NCBI GenBank assembly: GCA_047601855.1
Contig: JASGIM010000003.1
Span: 725,761-789,760 of the forward strand
From: Flavobacteriales bacterium
Lineage (GTDB): Bacteria; Bacteroidota; Bacteroidia; Flavobacteriales_F; PHOS-HE28
Reading direction: 5' to 3'
Length of the DNA: 64,000 nt
Below are positions 38,527-48,483 of the stretch, piece by piece. The position numbers were made by a program, and so were the translations under genes. Within the stretch, counting starts at the first letter, position 1. Each line of letters starts with the position of its first letter. The notes under the pieces were generated by a model. It did not search any database and was not told where the DNA came from. It saw only the letters and a program-made list of their open reading frames with translations.

Positions 38527-38874
38527 ATGGCGATCATCATCACGGAAGAGTGCATCAACTGCGGCGCCTGCGAGCCCGAGTGCCCCAACAACGCCATCTA
38601 CGAAGGTGGCGGCGAGTGGCGCCTGAGCGACGGCACCAGCCTGCATGGCCCGCAGACCACCCCGATGGGCACCGTGCTGGATGCTGATGCGGCCCAAACG
38701 CCGAAGGCCATGGACGTGTACTACATCGTTCCGGACAAATGCACCGAATGCACGGGCTTCCACGATGAACCGCAGTGCGCCGCCGTGTGCCCCGTGGACT
38801 GCTGCGTGGACGACCCCGACCACCGCGAGACCAAAGAGCAGCTGATGGCGAAGAAGGAGTTCATGCACCTCTGA
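38527..38874 (+). CDS. 4Fe-4S ferredoxin
   Basis: CINCGACEPECP, plus the second cluster motif ...CTECTGFHDEPQCAAVCPVDCC. Confidence 0.85.
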   Translation: MAIIITEECINCGACEPECPNNAIYEGGGEWRLSDGTSLHGPQTTPMGTVLDADAAQTPKAMDVYYIVPDKCTECTGFHDEPQCAAVCPVDCCVDDPDHRETKEQLMAKKEFMHL

Positions 38875-39059
38875 GCGCGCGGCCTTTGCGATGGCGCCTC
38901 GGGCCGCCATCGCGAACAGCAGCCGTGCGGGCTATCCGAGGCGATCGCGGGGCCGAAACTGGATCGGCCGATGCGGCTTGTACCGGTCCTCCGGCGTGCT
39001 TATTTTTCGAGGCTGGACCACCTTGTGATCCAGCAAGGCGACCATTTGATCCGCACGAT

Positions 39060-40697
39060 ATGACCTCCTCTTTCCGCGCTTCTACCGCACATCTGTTCGC
39101 CACGCTCGGGCTGGCGATGATAGGCTTTCCCGGGAAGGCCCAGTTGATCCTCAACCAGACATTGGCCCCCGACGCCTTGGTGCAGAACCACCTGTTGGGC
39201 GGGGGTGTGTTCCCCAGCAACATTATGTTCAATGGCCGCCCGGGCAATGTGGTGGCTTCCGTGGGCGTCACCTCGCTTAGTGAGATCGGACGGTTCAATG
39301 GCGCCAATACATGCCTTGGCCTGGCCAACGGGATCTTCCTCTGCACGCATGTTGCCCAAGTTCATCTTCCTGGGCCGAATGATCAGCTCAATCCAGTCGG
39401 AGGAGGAACAGTATATCCGGCCATACTAGGTGTACCGACCCCTGATCTGGACCTGAGCCGGTTGACGGGCTGGGAGCATGCGGAATCCTCAGGCGGCAAC
39501 AACATCTGTAATAAAGCCATTTTGGAGTTCGACTTTGTCCCCATCAACGACATGATCTGCTTCCGTTACGTCTTCAGTTCCGAGGAATACGAGCGTTGGG
39601 CCTGTAGCCGGTACAACGATGTGTTCGGCTGGTTCCTCAGCGGGCCGGGCATTTCCGGTCCGTTCACGAACAACGCGATGAACATCGCCTTTATTCCGGG
39701 CTCCATGTCGCCGGTGTCGATCAACACCGTGAACAGCGGCCGGCTGGATTCGAGCAATGCCAACGGGCCGGATACCACAGATCTGTTCCGCCCTTGTTTT
39801 GATGCCGACCCCGACTGGCAGGCCAATGCGCAGTACTACCGCTACAACGGAGGGAAATGGAGATCGGCCAGAGCAATGGATGGCCCCCAGTTGGAAGCGC
39901 CCTACAACACGGACCCTTACTACATCGCGCACAATGGCATGACGGTGGTGCTTACCGCCAGCGCGGCCGTGCTGATCGGCGAGACCTACCACATGAAGAT
40001 GGCGGTGGGCAATGCCTTTGATGGGAAATATCCCTCCGCCGTCTTCATCGAGCGGGGCTCGCTCAAAAGCGCGGACCGCTTCAACCTTACCGTGGATGAA
40101 GGGGCCAACGTGACCCAGGCCGAAGTTCCGTTGCTCCACCAAAGCAATACCGACAGCATCCACTTGCGCTTCAACCGCTGGGGCGGCTTCTACTTGGACG
40201 AATACCTGAAGATCTCCGTGGAAGGGGATGCCGTGGCCGGGGTGGACTACCTGCCCGCACTGCCCGATAGCATCCACTTCAACCAGCTGGATTCTGCCGT
40301 GGTCCTGCCACTGGCCGTTCCGGTACATGCCGATAGGCAGCGGGAACTGGTGATCAACCTCATCACCAGCAACGGGAACAAGGTGCGGGCCTATCGCTCG
40401 ACCATCGACCAGCCCCGGATCGCACAAGGCGTGGGAAGCACCGGATCCGATCGGAATGGGCTGTCGCTCTTTCCCAACCCTGCGGTGGACATCCTGCATG
40501 TGGGGTTGCCTGAGGCCATGCAAGGCATCACCGATCTACAGGTGCTGGACGCATCGGGCCGCGTGGTGCTGCGTCAAGTGTTCAACGGCGGCCGGAGCAC
40601 CACGATCGATCTGAGCGCCCTACCTGCCGGGCTGTACACGGTGAAGGCGGAAAGCCAAGGCAAATTGTCCACGGCCAGGGTCAACGTGCGGCACTAG
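39060..40697 (+). CDS. Secreted surface protein (choice-of-anchor-like domain) with T9SS C-terminal sorting domain
   Basis: From MTSSFRASTAHLFATLGLAMIGFPGKAQ. The C-terminus ...LSLFPNPAVDILHVGLPE...LYTVKAESQGKLSTARVNVRH is T9SS CTD-like. Confidence 0.6.
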   Translation: MTSSFRASTAHLFATLGLAMIGFPGKAQLILNQTLAPDALVQNHLLGGGVFPSNIMFNGRPGNVVASVGVTSLSEIGRFNGANTCLGLANGIFLCTHVAQVHLPGPNDQLNPVGGGTVYPAILGVPTPDLDLSRLTGWEHAESSGGNNICNKAILEFDFVPINDMICFRYVFSSEEYERWACSRYNDVFGWFLSGPGISGPFTNNAMNIAFIPGSMSPVSINTVNSGRLDSSNANGPDTTDLFRPCFDADPDWQANAQYYRYNGGKWRSARAMDGPQLEAPYNTDPYYIAHNGMTVVLTASAAVLIGETYHMKMAVGNAFDGKYPSAVFIERGSLKSADRFNLTVDEGANVTQAEVPLLHQSNTDSIHLRFNRWGGFYLDEYLKISVEGDAVAGVDYLPALPDSIHFNQLDSAVVLPLAVPVHADRQRELVINLITSNGNKVRAYRSTIDQPRIAQGVGSTGSDRNGLSLFPNPAVDILHVGLPEAMQGITDLQVLDASGRVVLRQVFNGGRSTTIDLSALPAGLYTVKAESQGKLSTARVNVRH

Positions 40698-40761
40698 GAT
40701 CGTTCCCGATCCCTCAAGCGTCAGGGTAAGGCCTCGACGGTCCGGGCGTCGGCGCGCAGGC

Positions 40762-40787
40762 TCACGGTTCGGCAAGCTCACCGTGAC
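40762..40787. repeat. REP-like palindromic unit (GTCACGG-TGAGCYTGCCGAA-CCGTGAC family)
   Basis: tcacggttcggcaagctcaccgtgac. Related units at 16427-16545, 41892-41918, 48445-48462, 62928-62999. Confidence 0.6.
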
Positions 40788-40876
40788 AGTTGGGGAGGCC
40801 TAATGAACAACCGCTTGAGGACGGCGGATCCCCGGCCGGTGCGAATGCCGGATGCGAATGGGCCAATTTCGCGTCC

Positions 40877-41293
40877 ATGGCCAAGGCCAAGGTGACCATC
40901 GGACGGTTGGAGTACATCGCGCTGCCCAACCTGGGCGTGCCGCGGGTACAGGCCAAGATCGATACGGGCGCCTATCGCAGCGCCTTGCATTACCAGAAGC
41001 TGCGGACCCGCACCGTGGAGGGCCGCAAGGAGCTCGTCGTCACGTTCAACATGGGCCGTCGGCAGGTGACCATGGTGTTCCGCACCTTCCAACGCGTCAC
41101 CGTGAAGAGCAGCACCGGCCAGCGCACGCGGCGTTACCTGGTGCGCACCGCGGTCCGGCTGGATGGGCACAGCGTCCGCACGGAGTTCACCCTGTTCGAT
41201 CGCAGCGATATGAAACACCAAGTGCTCCTCGGCCGTAAATTCCTGCGTGGACGGTTCGTGGTGGACGTGTCCACGAAGAACCGGCTCCGCTGA
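40877..41293 (+). CDS. RimB-like retropepsin-type aspartic protease (COG4067, RimK-associated)
   Basis: ...VQAKIDTGAYRSALHY carries the D-T-G aspartic protease signature. The gene sits next to rimK. Confidence 0.65.
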   Translation: MAKAKVTIGRLEYIALPNLGVPRVQAKIDTGAYRSALHYQKLRTRTVEGRKELVVTFNMGRRQVTMVFRTFQRVTVKSSTGQRTRRYLVRTAVRLDGHSVRTEFTLFDRSDMKHQVLLGRKFLRGRFVVDVSTKNRLR

Positions 41294-41295
41294 AC

Positions 41296-41757
41296 ATGAA
41301 CGAACTTCCGGACCTGAAAGCCACGGTGCACCGGGCCTGCCTACAGGTGCTCGATGAACGCATCGCTGCGGCGCAAGCATCCATCGCGGATACGCAGGCC
41401 GCTTCGCAAAGCGATACCAAAAGCAGCGCCGGCGACAAGCACGAAACGGCGCGGGCGATGGCGCAGCTGGAACTGGAGAAGCAGACCTCCGTGCTGCAAC
41501 ACCTGCAGCGGATGCACGCGCAAGTGGAACGCCTGGCACCATCGGACGAACGAACGCAGGTCGGCCCCGGCGTGTTGGTGCGCACGGACAGCGGATGGTT
41601 CTACATCGCGGTGCCACTCGGGCGGATCGTGGTGGGCGGGGAAGAAGTATGGGCCATTTCCACCGAAGCACCGATCTACGCGGCGCTCAAGAGCACGCCC
41701 GTGGGGCAGGTGGCCTTTTACAGTGGAAAGGCTTATCGGATCCTGGAGGTGAGGTAG
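41296..41757 (+). CDS. Hypothetical protein with GreA/GreB C-terminal (FKBP-like) domain-like region
   Basis: N-terminal coiled coil plus C-terminal ...VGPGVLVRTDSGWFYIAVPLGRIVVGGEEVWAISTEAPIYAALKSTPVGQVAFYSGKAYRILEV. Confidence 0.4.
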   Translation: MNELPDLKATVHRACLQVLDERIAAAQASIADTQAASQSDTKSSAGDKHETARAMAQLELEKQTSVLQHLQRMHAQVERLAPSDERTQVGPGVLVRTDSGWFYIAVPLGRIVVGGEEVWAISTEAPIYAALKSTPVGQVAFYSGKAYRILEVR

Positions 41758-41891
41758 CGACGATAGCGCGTCGCTATAGTGAACGCTTTACAATGCGACA
41801 TCCTGACTGCGAGGAACAGTTGATCCTTCGCCATTCGTCCCCATGGCTGAAGCAGTGTCCCCGGTGAACTTGCCGAAGCGGTCCAGCAGGC

Positions 41892-41918
41892 GTCACGGTT
41901 CGGCAGGCTCACCGTGAC
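41892..41918. repeat. REP-like palindromic unit
   Basis: gtcacggttcggcaggctcaccgtgac. Confidence 0.6.
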
Positions 41919-41929
41919 AGGGAGGCCCG

Positions 41930-42802
41930 TCACACGTGCCGCTCGATGAACTTCACGATCTCCCCGGCGATGTCGTGGCCGGTGGCCTTCTCGATGCCTT
42001 CGAGGCCGGGCGATGAGTTCACTTCGATGATGAGCGGGCCGCGGTCGCTCTGGAGCATGTCCACGCCCGCCACATGCAGGCCCAGCGCCTTCGCGGCCTT
42101 GATGGCCACCACTTCCTCCTCGCGGCTCAACTGGATCAGCTCGGCCCTGCCCCCGCGGTGCAGGTTGCTGCGGAACTCGCCCTCCCGGCCGATGCGCTTC
42201 ATGGCGCCCACGATGCGGCCGTCCACCACGAAGGCCCGCACGTCCTCGCCGCGTGCTTCCTTGATGAACTCCTGCACGATCACGCGGGCCTTCAGGCTGT
42301 TGAACGCCTCGATCACCGCGATGGCGGCCTTCTTCGTCTCGGCCAGCACCACGCCCAGCCCCTGCGTGCCTTCGAGCAGCTTGATGATGCAAGGGGCGCC
42401 GCCCACGCTGTCCACCACGCCGGCCACGTCCTTGCTGTAGTTGGTGAACACGGTCTTGGGCATGCCCACTCCGGCGCGGCTGAGGATCTGCAGGCTGCGG
42501 AGCTTGTCGCGGCTGCGCACGAGGGCCTGGCTCTCGGCGGTGGTGAACACCTTCATCATCTCGAACTGGCGCACCACGGACGTGCCGAAGAAGGTGACGC
42601 TGGCACCGATGCGGGGGATGATGGCGTCCACTCCGGTGAGCGGCTGGCCGTTGTAGACCACGTGCGGGTTGCGTTTCTCGATCACCAGGTCGCACTTCAC
42701 ATGGTCCACCACGCGGCAGTCGTGGCCGTTCTGTTGACAGGCTTCCACCAGGCGCTTGGTGGAATACAGCTTCGCGTCGCGCGAAAGCACCAGGATGTTC
42801 AT
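41930..42802 (-). CDS. rimK: Ribosomal protein S6 glutamate ligase RimK (ATP-grasp)
   Basis: [27 protein letters not shown]... plus ATP-grasp blocks ...[15 protein letters not shown]... and ...[23 protein letters not shown]. Confidence 0.9.
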   Translation of the reverse strand: MNILVLSRDAKLYSTKRLVEACQQNGHDCRVVDHVKCDLVIEKRNPHVVYNGQPLTGVDAIIPRIGASVTFFGTSVVRQFEMMKVFTTAESQALVRSRDKLRSLQILSRAGVGMPKTVFTNYSKDVAGVVDSVGGAPCIIKLLEGTQGLGVVLAETKKAAIAVIEAFNSLKARVIVQEFIKEARGEDVRAFVVDGRIVGAMKRIGREGEFRSNLHRGGRAELIQLSREEEVVAIKAAKALGLHVAGVDMLQSDRGPLIIEVNSSPGLEGIEKATGHDIAGEIVKFIERHV

Positions 42803-42934
42803 CGGGAAATGGGCGGCGGTCAAATGTAGCGGCGCGATCGCAGCTTCATTGACACCTGATCGTGAACGCTTTGCAATTGTTAACGCGGAGTAAGAGGGTC
42901 GTGAACTATTTTCGCCGGGACTAAACCACCACCC

Positions 42935-43744
42935 GTGGCAAGGATCATTGAGGCCAGCTCGCCGCTGGGCGCGACGCTGACGCCTGAACAGAAGGCATTC
43001 TTCGCCAAGAACGGCATCATCCATTTCCCCGGCTTCATCAGCCGGGAAGCCGTGGCACAGATCTGGAAAGCGGCCGAGGAGGTCCAGGGACGCTGGATCG
43101 CCGAGGGCCGCGAGAAGGTCAACGGCGTACCCATCAAGTACGGCAACGATGTGGACGGGAAACGGATCGTGCAGCGCTTCGCCTTCGCCAACCAGCAGCA
43201 TCCGGTGCTCGCCGAGTTCCTCCGCGATCCCCGCTTCAGCGTCCTTCTGGGCCTCGTGGGACCCGATGCCCGCCTGGGCATCAACGAGAAGGACGGGCTG
43301 GTGGTGAACCATTACGTGAACACCGATGCCAGCAAGTTCACCCAGATGGGCTGGCACACGGACAGCATCCGCGACGTGTTCCTGGGCAAGAAGATCCTGC
43401 CGATGCTCAACGTGGGCATCCACCTGGACGACCAGGACCCGCGCAACGGCGGGCTGCGCCTGCTGCCCGGCACGCACGAGCAGGGCCTGTGGAACATGCT
43501 GTTCAAGAAGAAGTACTTCCTGAACAACGAGGCCGACGAGCGCGAGGTGGCCTTCGAGATCAAGGCCGGTGACCTCACCGTGCACGATGGGCGCTGCTGG
43601 CACCGCGTGGAACGCAGCCGGCTGGTGGGCGAGGAAAGCCGCCGCCGCGTGATGTACATCCCCATCATCGCGGGCAAGTACACGCCGAAATCCGAGGAGA
43701 GCCCAACGCCCTTCTACCACCGGTTCCACCATCTGGTGAAATGA
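42935..43744 (+). CDS. Phytanoyl-CoA dioxygenase (PhyH) family Fe(II)/2-oxoglutarate oxygenase
   Basis: ...WHTDS...[24 protein letters not shown]... is a H-x-D...H facial triad in PhyH-like context. Confidence 0.7.
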   Translation: MARIIEASSPLGATLTPEQKAFFAKNGIIHFPGFISREAVAQIWKAAEEVQGRWIAEGREKVNGVPIKYGNDVDGKRIVQRFAFANQQHPVLAEFLRDPRFSVLLGLVGPDARLGINEKDGLVVNHYVNTDASKFTQMGWHTDSIRDVFLGKKILPMLNVGIHLDDQDPRNGGLRLLPGTHEQGLWNMLFKKKYFLNNEADEREVAFEIKAGDLTVHDGRCWHRVERSRLVGEESRRRVMYIPIIAGKYTPKSEESPTPFYHRFHHLVK

Positions 43745-44304
43745 CCTTCGGCCGCGCGCTGCTCCTGGCGGCATTCGCGTTCACCATCCTACCTCAGCCG
43801 TCCTTCGCGCAGTCCGAGGGCGGCGTGGATGCGTCGGTCTTCGATGCGTTCCCGGTGCCCCCGGCCAGCAAGACGCTGCTCTTCTACATCCAGCGCAACA
43901 AGAACGAGAACGCCATCGTGTACGAGGCCCGGCTGGAGGCCGACGGCAAGCTCGCCGCGAAGGACCCCGTGCGCGTGCAGTGGGTCCGCTACACCGAGGG
44001 AGGCAAGCGCGAACCCCTGAGCCTGCTGGAGGCGAACGTCGCCTATGGCGTGAAGCACAAAGGCAACCTCAACGACCACGCCCGCATGGTGTTCGTGGCC
44101 AGCGACAAGTACCCCTTCAACGTGGTGGTGGACGCCACGGGCCAGGCGCAGGCGAGGATGATGATCAACGGACGCTACGCGCGCCTGCAACACATCCGGA
44201 TACAGGCCCAGGAGACCAGCTTCTGGCCCAAGATCAAGTACGTGGACATCTTCGGCACCGATGTGATGAACGGGGAGGCCGTGCAAGAACGATACATCCC
44301 ATGA
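43741..44304 (+). CDS. Hypothetical secreted protein
   Basis: Signal peptide [24 protein letters not shown]. 4-bp overlap with the upstream gene. Confidence 0.5.
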   Translation: MTFGRALLLAAFAFTILPQPSFAQSEGGVDASVFDAFPVPPASKTLLFYIQRNKNENAIVYEARLEADGKLAAKDPVRVQWVRYTEGGKREPLSLLEANVAYGVKHKGNLNDHARMVFVASDKYPFNVVVDATGQAQARMMINGRYARLQHIRIQAQETSFWPKIKYVDIFGTDVMNGEAVQERYIP

Positions 44305-45107
44305 GCACCGACCGCGGATACGCGCTGGTGACCGGTGCCAGCCAGGGCATCGGCGCGGCGATCGCACTGGAACTGGCAAGGCAGGGCTTCGGCGTGCTCG
44401 TGGTGGCCCGCTCGGCGGATGCGCTCGAAGGCGTGCGCGCGAAGGCCGCCTCCTTGAACAACGGCCGCGCGCACGCCCTGGTGGTGGACATGCTCGCCGC
44501 CGATGCCACGGCCCGCATCCAGCGGTACGTGGAGGAACAACGCCTGCCCCTCTCCTGCCTGGTGAACAATGCTGGCCAAGGGCTCTACGGCCTGTTCGAG
44601 GACCTGCCTCTGGAGGACCAGGCCCGCATGATGCGGCTGAACATGGACGTGCCGGTGGCGCTCACGCATGCGCTGCTTCCCCTGCTCCGCCAACAAAAGC
44701 GCGCCTACGTGCTGAACATCGCCAGCATGGTGGCCTACGGCGCGTTGGCGACCATGGCCGTATACAGCGGCAGCAAGGCCTTCGTGTGGCGCTGGTCGCG
44801 GTCGCTGCACCTGGAACTGAAGGAATCCCCCGTGACCGTGACCGTGGTGAACCCGGGAAGCGTGATCACCGGTTTCACCCAGCGGGCCGGTATGCAGAGC
44901 ATGGACGACCTGGCCGAGAAGTTCGGCACCGGGCCCGAGCCGGTGGCCAAGGCCGCCGTGAACGCCATGCTGAAAGGCCGTGCCGAAGTGGTGCCCGGCC
45001 TGATGAACGCCGTGACCGCGAAGCTGCAAGGCTTGTTGCCCCAGTCGCTTTCCGAAAAGGTTGCGAGCGGGATCTACCTCAAGCGGCTGCCACGCCGCAA
45101 ACCTTGA
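44301..45107 (+). CDS. Short-chain dehydrogenase/reductase (SDR)
   Basis: ALVTGASQGIGAAIALELARQG (TGxxxGxG), NNAG, and catalytic YSGSKAF. Confidence 0.85.
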   Translation: MSTDRGYALVTGASQGIGAAIALELARQGFGVLVVARSADALEGVRAKAASLNNGRAHALVVDMLAADATARIQRYVEEQRLPLSCLVNNAGQGLYGLFEDLPLEDQARMMRLNMDVPVALTHALLPLLRQQKRAYVLNIASMVAYGALATMAVYSGSKAFVWRWSRSLHLELKESPVTVTVVNPGSVITGFTQRAGMQSMDDLAEKFGTGPEPVAKAAVNAMLKGRAEVVPGLMNAVTAKLQGLLPQSLSEKVASGIYLKRLPRRKP

Positions 45108-45723
45108 GGCTGTAAGCGCTCAGCCGCCACGCCAGCACCACCGCGAACGGCGCGGCCAGCACGTCGATCGTCCAGTGGGCGTGCTGCACCAGCACCAGGA
45201 GGCCGATGGCCACCGTGCCCAGCACAGCGAACGCGCGCGCGGCCTTCCCGCGTGAGATCGCCACCATCATCGCCATGGTGGCCGTGTGGCCCGAGAAGAA
45301 CAGGTCCTTCAGGAAAGGCGTTCCGCCCGGGTAGAAACGCTGCGTGAGCGGGTCGATCAACGGCACGATGTCCGGCGGCGGCTCCAGCGTGTTCAGGAAG
45401 ATGCATGCCATGCGGAAGAGCATCATGATCAGGTAGGCATGCATGCCGCGCAGCACCAGCAACGGTGACCGCCAGGCCCGCGCCACGGTGAAGAGGATCG
45501 TGCCGTAGAGGATCGAGAACGTGGGCACGGACACGTCCGCCGGACCGATGCGGGACAGCAGCGGCTCCCAAGGGTACGCGCCCTGCCGCGCCTGCACCCA
45601 GGCGAAGAAATGCGGCAGCAACAGCACCATCGGCACGGCCACCACGCCCGCCACCAGCCAGGCCAGCCGCACCGATCGGTCGGACCATTGGGCTTTCCAC
45701 GCCCCCGCCACAACGTTCGCCAT
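45079..45723 (-). CDS. PAP2-superfamily membrane phosphatase-like protein
   Basis: ...FFSGHTATMAM... and ...QHAHWTIDVLAA... correspond to the PAP2 SGH and HxxxD motifs. Confidence 0.55.
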   Translation of the reverse strand: MANVVAGAWKAQWSDRSVRLAWLVAGVVAVPMVLLLPHFFAWVQARQGAYPWEPLLSRIGPADVSVPTFSILYGTILFTVARAWRSPLLVLRGMHAYLIMMLFRMACIFLNTLEPPPDIVPLIDPLTQRFYPGGTPFLKDLFFSGHTATMAMMVAISRGKAARAFAVLGTVAIGLLVLVQHAHWTIDVLAAPFAVVLAWRLSAYSLKVCGVAAA

Positions 45724-46078
45724 CAAGCGGCGCAAGCTACGCGCAGGAGCCCCCATCCAAGCCGCGCGGTCCATCCGCAGATGGCGCAGATGACACAGAG
45801 GTTCCACCTACGGCGGACTTTATGGTATTGGGCTGGCAGGTTGTCGGCCTGCTATCTGTGTCATCTGCGGATGTTTGCTGTTCAGCATTAGACCTCTTTC
45901 ATAATTCCCCAGAAGTGTCACGTCGAGCGAAGTCGAGACGCTAATGCGCTTTCGATCACGGGCGTTCATGTCTCGACTTCGCTCGACAGGACAGAAGGAA
46001 CGTATAGAGGATGAATTACGAAAGAGCTCTATTGACGCGGTCGATGCCTTGATGCTAGGCAGAGATGGCCGCGGTGGG

Positions 46079-47617
46079 ATGGCTATTTTTCCGCCCCCGA
46101 TGGAACCCCTGCACCGCTGGTCCGAGCGCTTCCAACACCGCCCCCTGGCGTGGCTCACGGTGATCGCGCTGGTGCCACGGCTCCTGGCGGCCTTCTTCTC
46201 CGGGGGATATTTCGCCCAGGACGACCATTTCCTCGTGATCGAGGCGGCCCAGAGCTGGGTGGACGGTTTCGACTACAACAACTGGTTGCCGTGGAACCAG
46301 CCGGTCCCCGCCCACCCCACCGGGCACATGATGCTCTATCCGGGCCTGCACTACCTGCTCTTCAAGGCGTGCGCTGCGCTGGGCCTCACCGACCCGACGT
46401 GGAAGATGGTGCTGGTGCGGCTGCTGCACGCGGTGTGGAGCGTGGTGACGGTGCGCGTGGGCTACCGGATCGCGCTGCGGCTGTCCAACAGGGCCATCGC
46501 ATGGCGTTGCGGGCTGTTCCTGGCGTTGCTGTTCTTCGCGCCTTTCCTCGCCGTGCGGAACCTCATCGAAGTGGTATCCACGCCCCTGCTGATGCTGGCC
46601 GCGTGGCACCTGCTGCGCGACATGGACGGCCCGGCACGGCGCGATGCCTTCGTGGCGGGGCTCTTCGCGGGTCTTGCCCTGGACATCCGGTTCCAAACAC
46701 TCTTCTTCAGCGGTGGCATGGGCCTGGCATTGCTGCTGCGCCGCGAATGGCTGAAAGGGCTCGCGTTCGGATGCGGGCTGGTGGTGGCCGTGGCCGTGGT
46801 GCAGGGCCTTCCCGACCTGTTCATCTGGGGACGGCCGTTCGTGGAGATGACCGAGTACGTGCGGTACAACCTGGACAATCCCACGAACACGGGCATCCAC
46901 CTGCCGTGGTACGATTACGCGCTGGTGCTGGTCGGCCTGTTCATCCCGCCATTCTCGCTCGCGGTGCTGTTCGGCTACGCGCGGAAACCCCGGCCCCTGG
47001 TGCTGTGGCTGTCGGTGCTCACCTTCCTTTTCTTCCACTCCATCTTCCCCAACAAACAGGAGCGCTTCATCCTGCCGATCGTGCCGCTGCTGTTCGTGTT
47101 GGGCTACACCAGCTGGGAGCTGTGGCGCGAACGCAGCACCTGGTGGGCCCGGCATCAGCGGTTGTGGCGCGGCGTGATGGCGTGGACGTGGACCGTGAAC
47201 GTGCTGCTGCTGGTGCCGCTGTGCTTCAGCTACAGCAAGCGCGAGCGCGTGATGGCCATGCTGCTGCTGCGCGATACGCCGGTGGACACGCTGATCATCG
47301 AGGATACCGTGGAGCAGGACCCGCCGATGGCCCCGCTCTTCTACCTGGGCCAATGGGGCATCCACCAGGAAGGCTACACCGATCCGTCCGTGGACCTGCG
47401 AGCGGCCATTGCGCCTTCGGCGGGGGACGGCCGCGTGGAAGTAGTGCTGTTCGTGGGGCAGGAACACCTGGCACAACGCCTGCTGCATATGGAACAGGTC
47501 CTGGGACCGATGGAACTGGTGGGCTGCGCCGAACCGGGCCTATTGGACCGTACGGTGCATTGGCTCAATCCCGTGAACCGCAATGCGGTGATCACCGTGT
47601 TCAGGACGCGGCCCTGA
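46079..47617 (+). CDS. Polytopic membrane glycosyltransferase, GT22 (Alg9/PIG-B-like mannosyltransferase)-like
   Basis: At least ten TM helices. ...FFHSIFPNKQERFILPIVPLL matches the HKEx(R)F-type GT22 signature region. Confidence 0.5.
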   Translation: MAIFPPPMEPLHRWSERFQHRPLAWLTVIALVPRLLAAFFSGGYFAQDDHFLVIEAAQSWVDGFDYNNWLPWNQPVPAHPTGHMMLYPGLHYLLFKACAALGLTDPTWKMVLVRLLHAVWSVVTVRVGYRIALRLSNRAIAWRCGLFLALLFFAPFLAVRNLIEVVSTPLLMLAAWHLLRDMDGPARRDAFVAGLFAGLALDIRFQTLFFSGGMGLALLLRREWLKGLAFGCGLVVAVAVVQGLPDLFIWGRPFVEMTEYVRYNLDNPTNTGIHLPWYDYALVLVGLFIPPFSLAVLFGYARKPRPLVLWLSVLTFLFFHSIFPNKQERFILPIVPLLFVLGYTSWELWRERSTWWARHQRLWRGVMAWTWTVNVLLLVPLCFSYSKRERVMAMLLLRDTPVDTLIIEDTVEQDPPMAPLFYLGQWGIHQEGYTDPSVDLRAAIAPSAGDGRVEVVLFVGQEHLAQRLLHMEQVLGPMELVGCAEPGLLDRTVHWLNPVNRNAVITVFRTRP

Positions 47618-47655
47618 ACGGGCCTTCGATCCCACCCGGATAACTTCGCGCCCCG

Positions 47656-48423
47656 ATGCTGCCGATCGACCAACTGGACCCCTCGGTCTTCCTCACCGCC
47701 CACGGCTGGGTCCAGCTCCTCACCCTTACGGTGCTGGAGATCGTGCTGGGCATCGACAACATCATCGTCATCAGCATCCTCAGCGGGGAGCTGCCCAAGC
47801 ACCAGCAACGCAGCGCGCGCCGCACGGGCCTGGCCCTGGCGATGATCACCCGCGTGCTGCTGCTGCTCACGCTCAGCTGGCTCTCCCGCCTCACGACCCC
47901 GCTGTTCGTGCTGGGACCGGTGGCGTTCGATGGCCGCAGCCTAGTGCTGATCCTGGGCGGCATCTACCTCGTCTACAAGTCGGGAACGGAGATCCGCAAC
48001 ACGGTGGAACTGCACGCCCAGATGGAGGGCCACGTCCGCAAGAAGGCGGTGTTCAGCATGATCGTGGCGCAGATCGTGCTGCTGGACATCGTGTTCTCGC
48101 TGGATTCCGTGATCACGGCCGTGGGCATGAGCAACGAGATCCTGATCATGGTGCTGGCGGTGATCATCGCCGTGCTCATCATGCTGGTGGCGAGCGACGC
48201 CATCAGCACGTTCGTGAACAAGCACGCGAGCGTGAAGGTGCTCGCCCTCACCTTCCTCTTCATCGTGGGTGCCGTGCTGGTGCTGGACGGAGTGGCCCAT
48301 CGGTTCTCGCACGACAACCACATCAAGAACTACGTCTATGGGGCCATGGCCTTCAGCGTGTGCGTGGAACTGCTGAACCTGCGCATGCGCCGCAACGAAC
48401 GCCGCCTGGGAAGGAACGAGTAG
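47656..48423 (+). CDS. TerC/YjbE-family integral membrane protein
   Basis: ...LEIVLGIDNIIVISILSGELP... and a second DxxxxAxG-like repeat ...LLDIVFSLDSVITAVGMS. Confidence 0.85.
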   Translation: MLPIDQLDPSVFLTAHGWVQLLTLTVLEIVLGIDNIIVISILSGELPKHQQRSARRTGLALAMITRVLLLLTLSWLSRLTTPLFVLGPVAFDGRSLVLILGGIYLVYKSGTEIRNTVELHAQMEGHVRKKAVFSMIVAQIVLLDIVFSLDSVITAVGMSNEILIMVLAVIIAVLIMLVASDAISTFVNKHASVKVLALTFLFIVGAVLVLDGVAHRFSHDNHIKNYVYGAMAFSVCVELLNLRMRRNERRLGRNE

Positions 48424-48483
48424 ACCTTGCCGAGCGCATGTCCTGGTGAGCCTGCCGAACCGGGACACTCCCGGGGAACTGGA

